From positions 24,544,001 through 24,608,000 of the forward strand of contig CP068257.2 of the NCBI GenBank assembly GCA_009914755.4: a stretch of 64,000 nt of DNA, given 5' to 3'. The DNA comes from the human T2T-CHM13v2.0 reference genome, Homo sapiens. The notes beneath the pieces are model-generated. The model worked only from the letters and a program-made list of their open reading frames with translations, was not told the origin of the DNA and did no database searches. Below are positions 29,969 through 40,990 of the stretch, piece after piece (the first letter of the stretch is position 1; the number at the start of each line of letters is the position of its first letter). A program made the translations under genes and the position numbers.

Positions 29969-31188
29969 TAGACTTACCTTTAATAGCTTTTGATAAGTTA
30001 TTTTTTAATGTAATTTTGATAAAATAATTGTACCTAAAATGTACTAATGTGTTGGTATTGTCTACTATCCAATCTACGAACAAATTTTACTGATTCATTC
30101 GTAACTGACCCCAGAGTTGGTTTGTTTGAATCACTGTAACTGAGCCTCTATTATAAAGATCATACGATGTTTGTTTTACCTACTTTCCCTTTCCCCTTGT
30201 CCTTTTCTTGCTCTATGCGTGCTTGCTTGCATGTCATTATTTCAGTAGAGGGTAGTCACTAATAATTGATTAACTTCATATCCTAACCTACAGGGGTGCC
30301 TGGCAGATTGATGAACTTGTTTTTCTTTTAAAGAACCATGATCCTTAGGTTATGCAGACCTCCTTGATGGTGTCCAGAAATTTGGGTAGAGGGATGCCAA
30401 CAGCTTTGATCACTGGGGGAGTTTCATCTCCCATATACCCACCTTACTCATACAAGTCCCCAGTTAAATTCAAAGGCAGGGCAGATTTGAGAGACTGTCT
30501 CTCCTGCCCTCTTGCTTTGGTCAAATTGAATAAACCTTTCTCTGTTCCTGAGTGCTGATGTGTCAGTGTTTGGCTTACCATGCATCAGGTGCACAGACCT
30601 AAATTTGGAGATTCTGTAACATCAAGACCCATATGACGTTCACATACTGGATTAGGCTGATGACTCATATATCTCTCTTTTAATGTGTGACCATTTACAT
30701 CTCTTTCTCTCTCTCCTCCCTTTTTTTTTTTTTTTTTGGCAATTTCTTTGTTATTAATGGTCTTGTTTTAAAGTGAAGTATTGTCATTTAAGTTTATATA
30801 TCAATGTTATCATTATTTGTTTATTTACAACAAAGTTTTATGCCAAGGCAGTCATGCCATTACCCACCTGACCTGCTTTTCCACCATCAGTTTTACCTGT
30901 GTGTGTCCCTGGATCATCAGGAAGCATTGATTGAGAATCTTTTTCTCTTAATCTGCCTTACTATTTTCTAATGTAGTTACTGATCAAACTTAGCAGTAAC
31001 CCACTCATTTTGTGTGTAGGCAAAAGCAACTATGAATAAACAGAAGAAGTCTCCCACAGTGGGTAAATGTGTGGACCTGGGTTTGAAACCTGATGAAACT
31101 TGCTGGCTGTGACCCCTTGGGCCAGGGATTAACTGCTGTCACTCTTAGTTCCCTCAACCCTCAGGTGCATGTGATTATATTCACTGCC

Positions 31189-33492
31189 TGATATGGTTTG
31201 GCTCTGTGTCCCCACCCAACTCTCATCTTGTAGCTCCCATAATTCCCACGTGTTGTGGGAGGGACCCGGTGGGAGGTGATGGAATCATGGGGGTGGGTCT
31301 TTCCTGTGCTGTTCTTGTGATAGTGAATGTGTCTCATGAGATCTGATGGTTTTAAAAACGGGAGTCCTCCTGCACAAGTTCTCTCTTTGCCTGCTGCCAT
31401 CCACATAAGATGTAACTTCCTCCTCCTTTCCTTCTGCTGTGATTGTGTATCCTCCCCAGCCACAGGGAACTGTAAGTTCAATAAACTTCTTTCTTTTGTA
31501 AATTGCCCAGTCTCAGGTATATCTTTATCAGCAGCATGAGAACAGATCAATACAGTAATTTGGTAGCAGGTAGTGGGGTGCTACTCTAAAGATACCTGAA
31601 AATGTGGAAGTGATTTTGGAACTGGGTAACAGGCAGAGGTTGGAACAGTTTGGAGGGCTCAGAAGACAGGAAAATGTGGAAAGTTTGAAACTCCCTAGAG
31701 AGTTGTTGAATGACTTTGACCAAAATGGTGATAATGATATGGACAATGAAATCCAGGCTGAGGTGGTCTCAGATGGGGATGAGGAACTTTTTGGGAAGTA
31801 GAGCAAAGGTTATGTCTTGTTATGTGTTAGCAAAGAGACTGGTGGGATTTTGCCCCTGACCTAGAGATTTGTGGAACCTTGAGCTTGAGAGAGATCATTT
31901 AGGGTATCTGGCAGAAGAAATTTCTAAGCAGCAAAGCATTCAAGAGGTAACTTGGGTGCTGTTAAAGGCATTTAGTTTTATAAGGGAAGCAGGGCATGAA
32001 AGTTTGGAAAATTTGCAGCCTGACAATGCAATAGAAAAGAAAATCCCATATTCTGAGGAGAAAATCAAGCTGGCTGCAGAAATTTGCATATGTAACAAGG
32101 AGTTAAATGTTAATCCCCAAGACAATGGGGAAAATGTCTCCAGGGCATGCCAGAGGTCTTCACAGCAGCCCCTCCCATCACAGGCCTGCAGGCCTAGGAG
32201 GAAAAAGTGATCTCTTGGGCCAGGCCCAGGGTCCCCATGCTGTGTGCAGCCTGGGGACTTGGTGCCTTGTGTCCCAGCTGCTCCAGCCATGGCTGAAAGG
32301 GGCCAACATAGAGCTCGGATTGTGGCTTCAGAGGGTGCAAGCTGTAAGCCTTGGCAGCTTCCATGTGGTGTTGAGCCTGCCAGTGCACAGAAGTCAAAAA
32401 TTGGGGTTTGGGAACCTCTGCCTAGATTTCAGAAGATGTATGGAAATGCCTGGATGCCCTGGCAGAAGTCTGCTGTAGGGGAGGGGCCCTCATGGAGAAT
32501 CTCTGCTAGGGCAGTACAGAAGGGAAATGTGGGATCGGAGCCCCAGCACAGAATCCCTACTGGGGCACCGCCTAGTGGAGCTGTGAGAAGAGGGCCACCA
32601 TCCTCCAGACCCCAGAATGATAGATCCACTGACAGCTTGCTCCATGCACCTGGAAAAACCGCAGACAACACCAGCCCATGAAAGCAGCTAGGCAGGAGGC
32701 TGTACCCTGCAAAGCCACAGGGGCGGAGCTGCCCAAGATCATGGGAACCCACCTCTTGCATCAGCATGACCTGGATGTGAGATTTGGAGTTAAAGGAGAT
32801 CATTTTGGAGCTTTAAGATTTGACTGCCCCTCTAGATTTCAGACTTGCATGGGGCCTGTAGCCCCTTTGTTTTACTCAATTTCTCCCATTTGGAACAGCT
32901 GTGTTTACACAATACCTGTACCCCCATTGTATCTAGGAAGTAGCTAACTTGCTTTTGATTTTACAGGCTCATAGGTAGAAGTGACTTGCCTTGTCTCAAA
33001 TGAGATGTTGGACTGTGGACTTTTGAGTTAATGCTGACATGAGTTAACACTTTGGGGGACTGTTTGGAGCACATGATTGGTTGTGAAATGTGAAGACATG
33101 AGATTTGGGAGGGGCAAGGTGTGGAGTGATATGGTTTGGCTCTGTGTCCCCACCCAAATCTCATCTTGTAGCTCCCATAACTCCCACTTGTTGTGGGAGG
33201 GACCCAGTGGGAGATGATTACATCATGGGGCTGGGTCTTTCTCTTGCTGTTCTCATGATAGTGAATGGGTCTCACAAGATCTGATGGTTTTAAAAACGGG
33301 AGTATGCCTGCACAAGCTCTCTCTTTGCCTGCTGCCATCCACATAAGATGTGACTTCCTCTTCCTTGCCTTCTGCCATGATTGTGTGGTCTCCCCAGCCA
33401 TGTGAAACTGTAAGTACAATAAACTTCTTTCTTTTGTAAATTGCCCGCTCTTGGGTATGTCTTTATCAGCAGCATGAAAATGAACTAACACA
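31189..33492 (+). mobile_element. Full-length THE1/MST-family (ERVL-MaLR) element: 5' LTR 31189-31554, internal region 31555-33126, 3' LTR 33127-33492. Possible TSD CACTGCC/CACTACC.
   Basis: Both LTRs begin tgatatggtttggctctgtgtccccacccaa(a/c)tctcatcttgtagctcccataa and end gggtat(a/g)tctttatcagcagcatga(g/a)aa...aca. They share derived motifs (tagtgaatg.gtctca, ttttaaaaacgggagt, ctctctttgcctgctgccatccacataagatgt) and differ at roughly 10 percent of positions. The internal part matches remembered THE1-int (cagtaatttggtagcaggtagtggggtgctactctaaagatacctgaaaatgtggaagtgattttggaactgggtaacaggcagaggttggaacagtttggagggctcagaagacagg...). Confidence 0.8.
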
Positions 33493-33639
33493 CTACCTTA
33501 GAGTGTTAGTGTGAAAAGAGGCAATGTTTGAAAATTTTTAGCTTGGTGCTGCCCACACTGTGAGCATTCAGTAATTGTGAGCTGTAATGCTCACTGTTGT
33601 GTTCCATTCCCACAGTAATTTTTGTGTATGTGTTTTGAT

Positions 33640-33900
33640 TTTTTAGACTTAAAAAATACAGTTTTAGATTTATAGAACAATTGAACAGATAATACATAGA
33701 GTTCTATACACCCACCCCATCCCTACCTCTCAATTTCCCTCCACAATTTCCCCTATTATTAACAACTTGCATTGGTGTGGTACATTTGTTAAAATTAATG
33801 AACCAATATTGATACATGATTGTTAACTATAGTCCATAGTTTACATGAGGGCTCACTCTTTGTGTTGTGTACTTCTATGGTTTTGACAAGAGTATAATAA
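33640..33900 (+). mobile_element. Older L1 (L1M-like) 3'-region fragment
   Basis: ttaaaaaatacagttttagatttatagaacaattgaacagataatacatagagttctatacacccaccccatccctacctctcaatttccctccacaatttcccctattattaacaacttgcattggtgtggtacatttgttaaaattaatgaaccaatattgatacat resembles the L1M 3' UTR consensus. Confidence 0.5.
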
Positions 33901-33924
33901 CACATATCCACTGAAAGGGATCAG

Positions 33925-34250
33925 AATATGCTACCCCAAAATATTCTACTTTGGCATAAGAATTATTTTGAGCTGAAGGCAATTTAGAAGCAGCAGACTC
34001 AGGAAGAGCTCTCTGACCTCTCTTTTCTGCCTAAAAGCAGGGGATAAATTTCCCTTTTCCCATACTGAGGAGAGGAGAATGATTCTCCATTCTTACAACC
34101 AGAGAGAACTTGAGTTTGTGTAGCAAATCTCAGTAAACAGCCCTTATCTACCATGTACTTCCTAGTCACCTTCTCCCAATTTACCACCCCTAGGAACCCA
34201 AGCTCCCCATTTCTTTTGTCTAGTCATGTCTCCCCGAGTTATCATCCTTT
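33925..34250 (+). repeat. Unclassified interspersed repeat (same family as 25127-25330)
   Basis: Shared 45 bp block with the 25127 copy; family not identified. Confidence 0.4.
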
Positions 34251-34254
34251 GCTA

Positions 34255-34625
34255 AAATGGTGTATTAGTCCCTTTTCATGCTGCTGATAAAGACATACGC
34301 TAGACTGGGTAATTTATAAAGAAAAAGAAATTTCATGGACTCACAGTTCCATGTGGCTGAGGAGGCCTCACAATCATGGCAGAAGGTGAAAGATATGTCT
34401 TATATAGTGGCAGGCAAAAAGAGAGAGTGAGAACCAAACGAAAGGGTTTCCCCTTATAAAACCATCAGATCTCATGAGACTTATTTAGTACCATGAGAAC
34501 AATATGGGTTAAACCCATGATTCAGTTATCTCCCACTGGGTCCCTCCCACAACATGTGGGAATTATGGGAGCTACAATTCAAGATGAGACTTGGGTGGGG
34601 ACAGAGCCAAACCATATCACATGGT
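34255..34625 (-). mobile_element. THE1/MST-family (MaLR) solo LTR, antisense
   Basis: tgtattagtcccttttcatgctgctgataaagacatacgctagactgggtaatttataaagaaaaagaaatttcatggactcacagttccatgtggctgaggaggcctcacaatcatggcagaaggtgaaaga ... aaaccatcagatctcatgagacttatttagtaccatgagaacaatatgggttaaacccatgattcagttatctcccactgggtccctcccacaacatgtgggaattatgggagctacaattcaagatgagacttgggtggggacagagccaaaccatatca. Confidence 0.8.
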
Positions 34626-34849
34626 ATATAAGCCCCAGGGTCTAACTACCTCTCTGAGTTTTCAGTTCTCTTCTATGAAGCCCCTGTGGACATAAAATTA
34701 AAAATAAACTTTGTCTGCCTCTTCTCTGATTAATCTATCTTTTTTCAGTTTAACTCTTAAATTCCAGCCACAGAAACTAAGAGGGTAGAGGAAGTTTTTC
34801 CTCCCCTACATATTCATTATAGTTTCATACAGAACAATTTAACCACCCT

Positions 34850-35035
34850 AAACATACCCTGTGTACCTATTCATCTTTCTCTCCCTCCCTTAAAATCTCT
34901 GGCAGCCACTGTCTTTACTGTCTCTATAGTTTTGCCTTTTCCAAAATGTCATATGGCTGGAATCATATAGCACGTATCTTTTTTAGTCTGCTGTCTTTCA
35001 CTTAGCGATATGACTTAAAGTTTCATTTAAAAAAA
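34850..35035 (+). mobile_element. Older L1 (L1M-like) 3'-end fragment
   Basis: tctctggcagccactgtctttactgtctctatagttttgccttttccaaaatgtcatatggctggaatcatatagcacgtatcttttttagtctgctgtctttcacttagcgatatgacttaaagtttcat. Confidence 0.6.
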
Positions 35036-36820
35036 CGCATGTGATTTGTAGTTAATGGAAAGGATTACATAAAGCACATTTTATGTGAAGACATGGGAGT
35101 TGCTTTTGATATTTTTACTTCCTTGATTCAATATGAGACTGATTAGAGGGCTTTCTCTTCCAGCACTGACCAGAGGGTAGAAAGAAAAACGCGAGGATTC
35201 TGGATTCTCTCTTTATAAGCACATTGTTTATGGTTATAGCTCATCCAGGTTGAGTTTAGTGCAGTGGCTCCTACAGCTGATCCGTGAACTAGCTGCAACC
35301 TGAAAATACAGATTCCTTCATCCCTGGGAGTTTGTGACTCTGGAGCACTGGAGAAAGACCCAGGACTGCATTTTTAATGGGCTTCTCATGTGATACTTAC
35401 TTATACAGAACCATTTCTTTGGTAGTAAAAAGGAATACCGGCTTTGGTCTCAGAGGATTTGGCGTCAAGTCCTCTCTCTTCATTGAAGCACCAAATATTT
35501 ATTTAACTCCTCCCATGTGCCAGACCTTGGACCAGGCTCTGGATTGATACAACAGTGAGCTTAATAGTCATGCTTTCTACCCTTCACAAGCTTACACTGG
35601 AGAAGAGGCAGGCATTAAGTACACAATTACAGAAATAAATCTTATTCATCAACTATGCTAAGTGCTAAGAAAGAAAATACAAAATGCTATGAGAGAGTGT
35701 TAAAAAAGGGATCTGGCTTTGTTTGAAATGGGGTCAATGATTCACTTTTCCCTGAGATAATGACTTTGAACTGAGATATTATTTACGTGACATGAGGGAA
35801 AGATGTCTGCCACCCGGGCACACGAGGTCCATTTGGCTTGGAACACAAGGAGAGACAGAGATGAGGCTGCAAATTAACCACTTGATATCTGTCCTTCTGC
35901 AGATCAACAGCCAGGGTCACTGGGTGTCTAGCTATCCTCCTACTCAACTGCACTGAAATTTCTCCCAAATCTCCAAAACATGTTTAGTAATTCTGCCAGT
36001 TATATTTATCAAGAGCTTAAACAATCAGATTGTTAATAGCCTTTTCTTAAAAAGTGTTAGAATTTTAGTTGTTAGTGAATGATTCTTAAAAGGCTGTTCT
36101 GTCTTTGGGTTAGGGCCAATTGTTCATTTACTGAAAGATATACACGGAAAAGAAAAGGATCTGATTCTGCATTGCCACTACTTAAGCGCTGTGAAATGCT
36201 TGAGCTTTTGTCAGGTGTCTGTAGCCTCATTTCATCTTCACTGTAGACTTGTGGAAATGCATTATTATGACGCCAATTGTACAGATGCAGAAGTAAAGGC
36301 TGAGAGAAATGTAGAGGTTCACTGCATTGACATAGTGAGGAATTGATTGCAGTGGTTGGCTGTCAGGGAACAGTCAATGTCCCTAGCTAGGACAATTTTA
36401 ATACTACCATTGTGTCAGTTTTGGGCCCCAGTTATGCATTCTCTTTTGGAAGACATACAACCTGGACATACTTATGTGAACCCCGAAAATCTGAGGCAGG
36501 TCTCAGTTAGTTTAGAAAGTTTATTTGCCAAGGTTGAGGATGCACGCCCATGATGCAGCCTCAGGAGGTCCTGAAGACATGTGCCCGAGGTGATCAGAGC
36601 ACAGCTTGGTTTTATACATTTTAGGGAGACATGAGACATCAATCATCATATGTAAAATGAACATTGGTTTAGTCTGGAAAGGAGGGACAAATCGAAGCAG
36701 GGAGTGGGCTTCCAGGTCGTAGATAAGAGACAAATGGTTGCATTTCAAGTTTGTGATTAGCCTCTCCAAAGGAGGCCATCAGATATGCGTTTATCTCAGT
36801 GAGCACAGGGGTGACTTTGA

Positions 36821-37200
<380 letters not shown>

Positions 37201-38256
37201 GGCCTTTCCTTGCACACTTAACATCCCAGGATCTTACTTAATGCTGGGAATGAGGTTCTATGGAGGACTCCCGGTGTTTTTTCTCCTGCTCTCCAAAGCC
37301 AACCAAGATCTCTTCAGAAATCTTCAGCTCAGCCCAAAGGAGAAACTTCCAAGGTAAAAGAATTTTCCTAAAAGTATAAATGATATTAAGAATTCTGCCC
37401 ATATGGACTGGGATTATGCTTTATTTCCTGATGGGCCTTTTTCAAAATAAATCATGTTCCTACTCTCCATCTTAGCAGATGATGAAGGCAATTGCTGCTG
37501 AAATGGAACCATGTGGTAACCCCTGCATTAAAGCAAGTGTAGGTTTATTACATACATTGGACACAGTAGGTGACAATGTAGAATTATTTATTTTAAGGGT
37601 ACAAGACCATTTACCTTCCTTCCTCAATATCCTTCTTATACCTTATTATAGTGCTGCACTTTACACTGTAAGAATCATTCCTTGGAATTTGTAAGGCCCT
37701 GAATATAAAAAGCCACTGTTAAAATAGCATGCTACCTAAGAAAAGTAACCCATTAACATCCATTAAGGCTTAAGTGTTAATTATAATCATGAAGTTTGAA
37801 AGTTATGGCTAAATGATTTATTATTCAGAAGCCAAAGCCTTCTAGATTTGTTTGACTCCAAGGATAGAGTCAAAAGTTCAAACGATTCTAATAATGCAAA
37901 AATATCAAGAAATTATGGAATCTTCTCATTCCACCCTTCCTCTTTATCTTAAACTGCTACTATTTCAAAATATATGTGTTAGTCATGCCGATTACTGTGA
38001 GGTTATCAAGGGTAGTCTTCAATATAGAGCCTTTACTTTCTTTTCAGAGCTTTATGGGAGAACTGGTTGTCTTCTATGTTTTCCCTTGAGAATTTTGCTT
38101 ATCTGTTGTGTCTGTCCTAAATGCTACAGTAGTTGGTCTCAGACTGAGCTGTGTTTTTGTACACTGTCATGGACAGTAGCATTTATGAAGCATTTTTTGC
38201 ATACAATTCTTGTCTTTGATAGTGATTATATTTTGTATTTTAATAAATTATCCTGG

Positions 38257-38535
38257 GCTGGGTGTAGTGCCTCATGCCTGTAATCCCAGTACGTTGGGAG
38301 GCCAAGGAAGGTGGATCACTTGAGCCCAGGAGTTTGAGACCAGTTGCAGAAACCCCATCTCTACAAAAAATACAAAAATTAGCAGGGCGTGATGGCACAT
38401 GCCTGTAGTCCTAGCTACTCAGGTGGGAGGATCACCTGAGCCTGGGGAGATCGAGGCTACAGTGAGCCAAAAGCATGTTACTGCACTGCAGCCTGGGCAA
38501 CAGAGTGAGACCCTGACTCAAAAAAAAAAAAAAAA
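38257..38535 (+). mobile_element. Alu SINE (sense)
   Basis: ggctgggtgtagtgcctcatgcctgtaatcccagtacgttgggaggccaaggaaggtggatcacttgagcccaggagtttgagaccagttgcagaaaccccatctctacaaaaaatacaaaaattagcagggcgtgatggcacatgcctgtagtcctagctactcaggtgggaggatcacctgagcctggggagatcgaggctacagtgagccaaaagcatgttactgcactgcagcctgggcaacagagtgagaccctgactc + A16. Confidence 0.9.
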
Positions 38536-39937
38536 TTACCTTGAATTTTTCTTTAAAAAATAAAACATATTTAGAACTCAGGTTTTCTCTCGTTGAATTC
38601 TAAGTCCTATTACTCAGCTGAGTTTTTTTATGGCCTTGTTGAATTGTCAACAGAGACAGTGGATTACTGATTCATCAAGTATATATTCTCTGTAGCAGGA
38701 AAATGGAATAAGGAATGTACTTGCATTTCCACATTACCTGACACCATCATTTTAACTTTATTCATTAACTTTATTTTACGGTGTGTGAGACTCAAAACAA
38801 AAATCTGCCATTAGTTCCAGTTTGGCTCCAAAATAAAATATTACTTTGTTCATTCATTTTCACATGTTGTATTAAAGTGCTGTCACTGGGCTGATGCTAT
38901 GATCCTCACCGGAGGGAAATGGATGGAGCACATTCTATGGAGGACATAGAGAGAAATCTGGAGCATAAGGAAAAGGGCCAGGCTACGTTGGGTTGGACAT
39001 CTCAGTTGATGATACAGGGTATCCAAGAAGCTTTAGTTTCCCACGTATGGTTAGGATCTAGGTACCTGGATATTGAAGATATAGGAAGTAGAACATAAGA
39101 AATAATTTTTCCAGTTCACAGCTTTGTTTTGAGAAAGGCTCTGAGCAAGTAAAAAGGAGCAAATGCTTATCTGAGTAGAACTTCAACGGTATGGCTTGTG
39201 ATAGCCAGTCTCATGCAGGTACGTCCTTGGGATTTAACATATACAGGCTGGGTTCAGTTTAGAGGATTCTCTAGCAATTTGAGAAGCCAGGAAAACCTCT
39301 CAAACCCCTTAGACCCAGACAGAAAGAATCAATGAGGGAATGATTCACTCAATGAATAATTACCAACTGGAGTGAAGGATTCTCTAGTCTAGTGATTCTC
39401 AATGAATAAGCATTATATCATCTCTGTCAGAAATGTATGTATGTTAAAATGCAGATTCCTGGGCCCTACCTCAGGCTAACTGGAGCAAAATTTCTATGAA
39501 GTGGGGTCTAAGAATATGCATATTCACAGATATGCTAGAAGGTTCTTATTCATATTTACAGCAGACACTTATCCTTGGGGATATGTCAAACCAGCCAAGT
39601 GGGAATGAAGGTAAAACTTTGAGCCTACAGCACAAATGGGCTGAGATATTTTGGGTAGAGCTTCTTCTTATGGATAAAACAATAGTCACATGAGTAGCAA
39701 AAGGCTTCATAAAATATTTTGACCTCCACAGGTGACATAACTTTCTTTTGTTGTCAACTCCTGATTTATTTTAGAGAAATTTTGTTTTTAAAAGTTCTCT
39801 CTGATAGATAAATGTGCTGAGGCACTGAGTGTACTTTTAGTTCTTGCATTGGGATGTAATCTAATAAAATAAAATTCCATGCAGCTATTTGGATGACATC
39901 TGTTTGAATAGCATAGTGGGGCAAATAGATTTGTGTC

Positions 39938-40097
39938 TATGTATATTATTTGTGTGTTGTATTATTAGCAAATATGATAGTGTTAGCAAATATGATAGTA
40001 TTATCAGCAAATATGATAGCAAATATGATATGATAGTTGTATGATTAGCAAATATGTATATTATTTACGTGTTGTATTATTAGCAAATATGATAGCT
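39938..40097. repeat. Complex AT-rich tandem repeat / minisatellite (unit about agcaaatatgatag, plus a 40 bp duplicated block)
   Basis: tatattatttgtgtgttgtattattagcaaatatgatagtgttagcaaatatgatagtattatcagcaaatatgatagcaaatatgatatgatagttgtatgattagcaaatatgtatattatttacgtgttgtattattagcaaatatgatagc. Confidence 0.85.
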
Positions 40098-40369
40098 TTA
40101 ATAATAATCTAATATTAATTTATACTACTTAATTTTGACAAAGAAGTAGAATTGAAGTAGAGATTTGATATTAAAGGCATTTATCCATCTGCTTTGGAGT
40201 GGCAATTGGTATATAGACAATGGGCTTTAGATTCACATAAATGTTGGTCTCACCTTTTCCATTTGCTCATTGTGTGACCTTGGCATATTATTTAGCTTCT
40301 CTGAATCTGTGTTTTTTTAACTACAAAAAGAGGACAATAGTACATTACTTCTATGATATAGAAAATCAC

Positions 40370-40647
40370 GGCCGGGTGTGGTGGCTCACGCCTGTAATCC
40401 CAGCACTTTGGGAGGCCGAGGCAGGCGGATCACAAAGTCAGGAGATGGAGACCAACCTGGCTAACATGGTGAAACCCCATCTCTACTAAAAATACAAAAA
40501 AAATTAGCCAGGTGTGGTGGCGGGTGTCTGTAGTCCCAGCTACTCGGGAGGCTGAGACAGGAGAATGGCATGAACTCAGGAGGCAGAGCTTGCAGTGAGC
40601 TGGGTACCACAGCGAGACTCCATCTCAAAAAAAAAAAAAAAAAAAAA
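40370..40647 (+). mobile_element. AluY-like SINE (sense, internal deletion near 3' end) with 9-10 bp TSD (A)GAAAATCAC (40361-40369 / 40648-40656)
   Basis: gaaaatcac|ggccgggtgtggtggctcacgcctgtaatcccagcactttgggaggccgaggcaggcggatcacaaagtcaggagatggagaccaacctggctaacatggtgaaaccccatctctactaaaaatacaaaaaaaattagccaggtgtggtggcgggtgtctgtagtcccagctactcgggaggctgagacaggagaatggcatgaactcaggaggcagagcttgcagtgagctgggtaccacagcgagactccatctc+A22|gaaaatcac. Confidence 0.9.
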
Positions 40648-40661
40648 GAAAATCACTTTAA

Positions 40662-40815
40662 GGCTGATATATATGGTGGCTCACACCTGTAATACCAACA
40701 TTTTGGGAGCCTATGGCAGGAGGCTTGCTTGAGCCCAGGAGTCTGAGGTTGCAGTGAGCTGTGATCGTGCCACTGCAGTGCAGTCTGGGTGACACAGTGA
40801 GACTCCGTCTCAAAG
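40662..40815 (+). mobile_element. Alu fragment with central deletion (sense)
   Basis: ggctgatatatatggtggctcacacctgtaataccaacattttgggagcctatggcaggaggcttgcttgagcccaggagtctgaggttgcagtgagctgtgatcgtgccactgcagtgcagtctgggtgacacagtgagactccgtctc. Confidence 0.85.
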
Positions 40816-40990
40816 AGAACAAAAGAAAGAGAGAAAGAGAGAGAGAAAGAAAGGAAGAAAGAAAAGAAAGAAAGCAAAAAGAAAAGAAAAGAAATAAAAA
40901 AGAAAAAAGAAAGAAAAAAGAAAAGAAAGAAAGGAAAGAAAGAAAAAAGAAAAGAAAGAAAGTAAAAGGAAAGAGAGAAATGAAGAAAAT
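40815..40990. repeat. Polypurine (GAAA)n/(GA)n microsatellite-like tract, about 175 bp, derived from the Alu tail
   Basis: aaagagaacaaaagaaagagagaaagagagagagaaagaaaggaagaaagaaaagaaagaaagcaaaaagaaaagaaaagaaataaaaaagaaaaaagaaagaaaaaagaaaagaaagaaaggaaagaaagaaaaaagaaaagaaagaaagtaaaaggaaagagagaaatgaagaaaa. Confidence 0.9.

Noticed and set aside
31604-32681. Cluster of plus-strand ORFs (65-145 aa) between the THE1 LTRs
   Set aside because: They are the degenerate internal (gag-like) frame of the MaLR element, broken by frameshifts. Not a host gene.
32961-33491. 176 aa minus-strand ORF, and its paralogue 31161-31550 (129 aa)
   Set aside because: Both lie antisense within the two THE1/MST LTRs (the same LTR sequence gives the same ORF twice: ...HLMWMAAGKERACAG...LPFLKPSDL...). 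LTR-derived, no independent coding evidence.
37852-38283. 143 aa plus-strand ORF
   Set aside because: Low-complexity, cysteine/leucine-rich translation of AT-rich unique DNA ending in an Alu. No motif.
39938-40097. Possible CRISPR-like array
   Set aside because: Repeats are irregular, AT-rich, lack unique spacers of uniform length, and sit in primate DNA. This is a minisatellite, not CRISPR.
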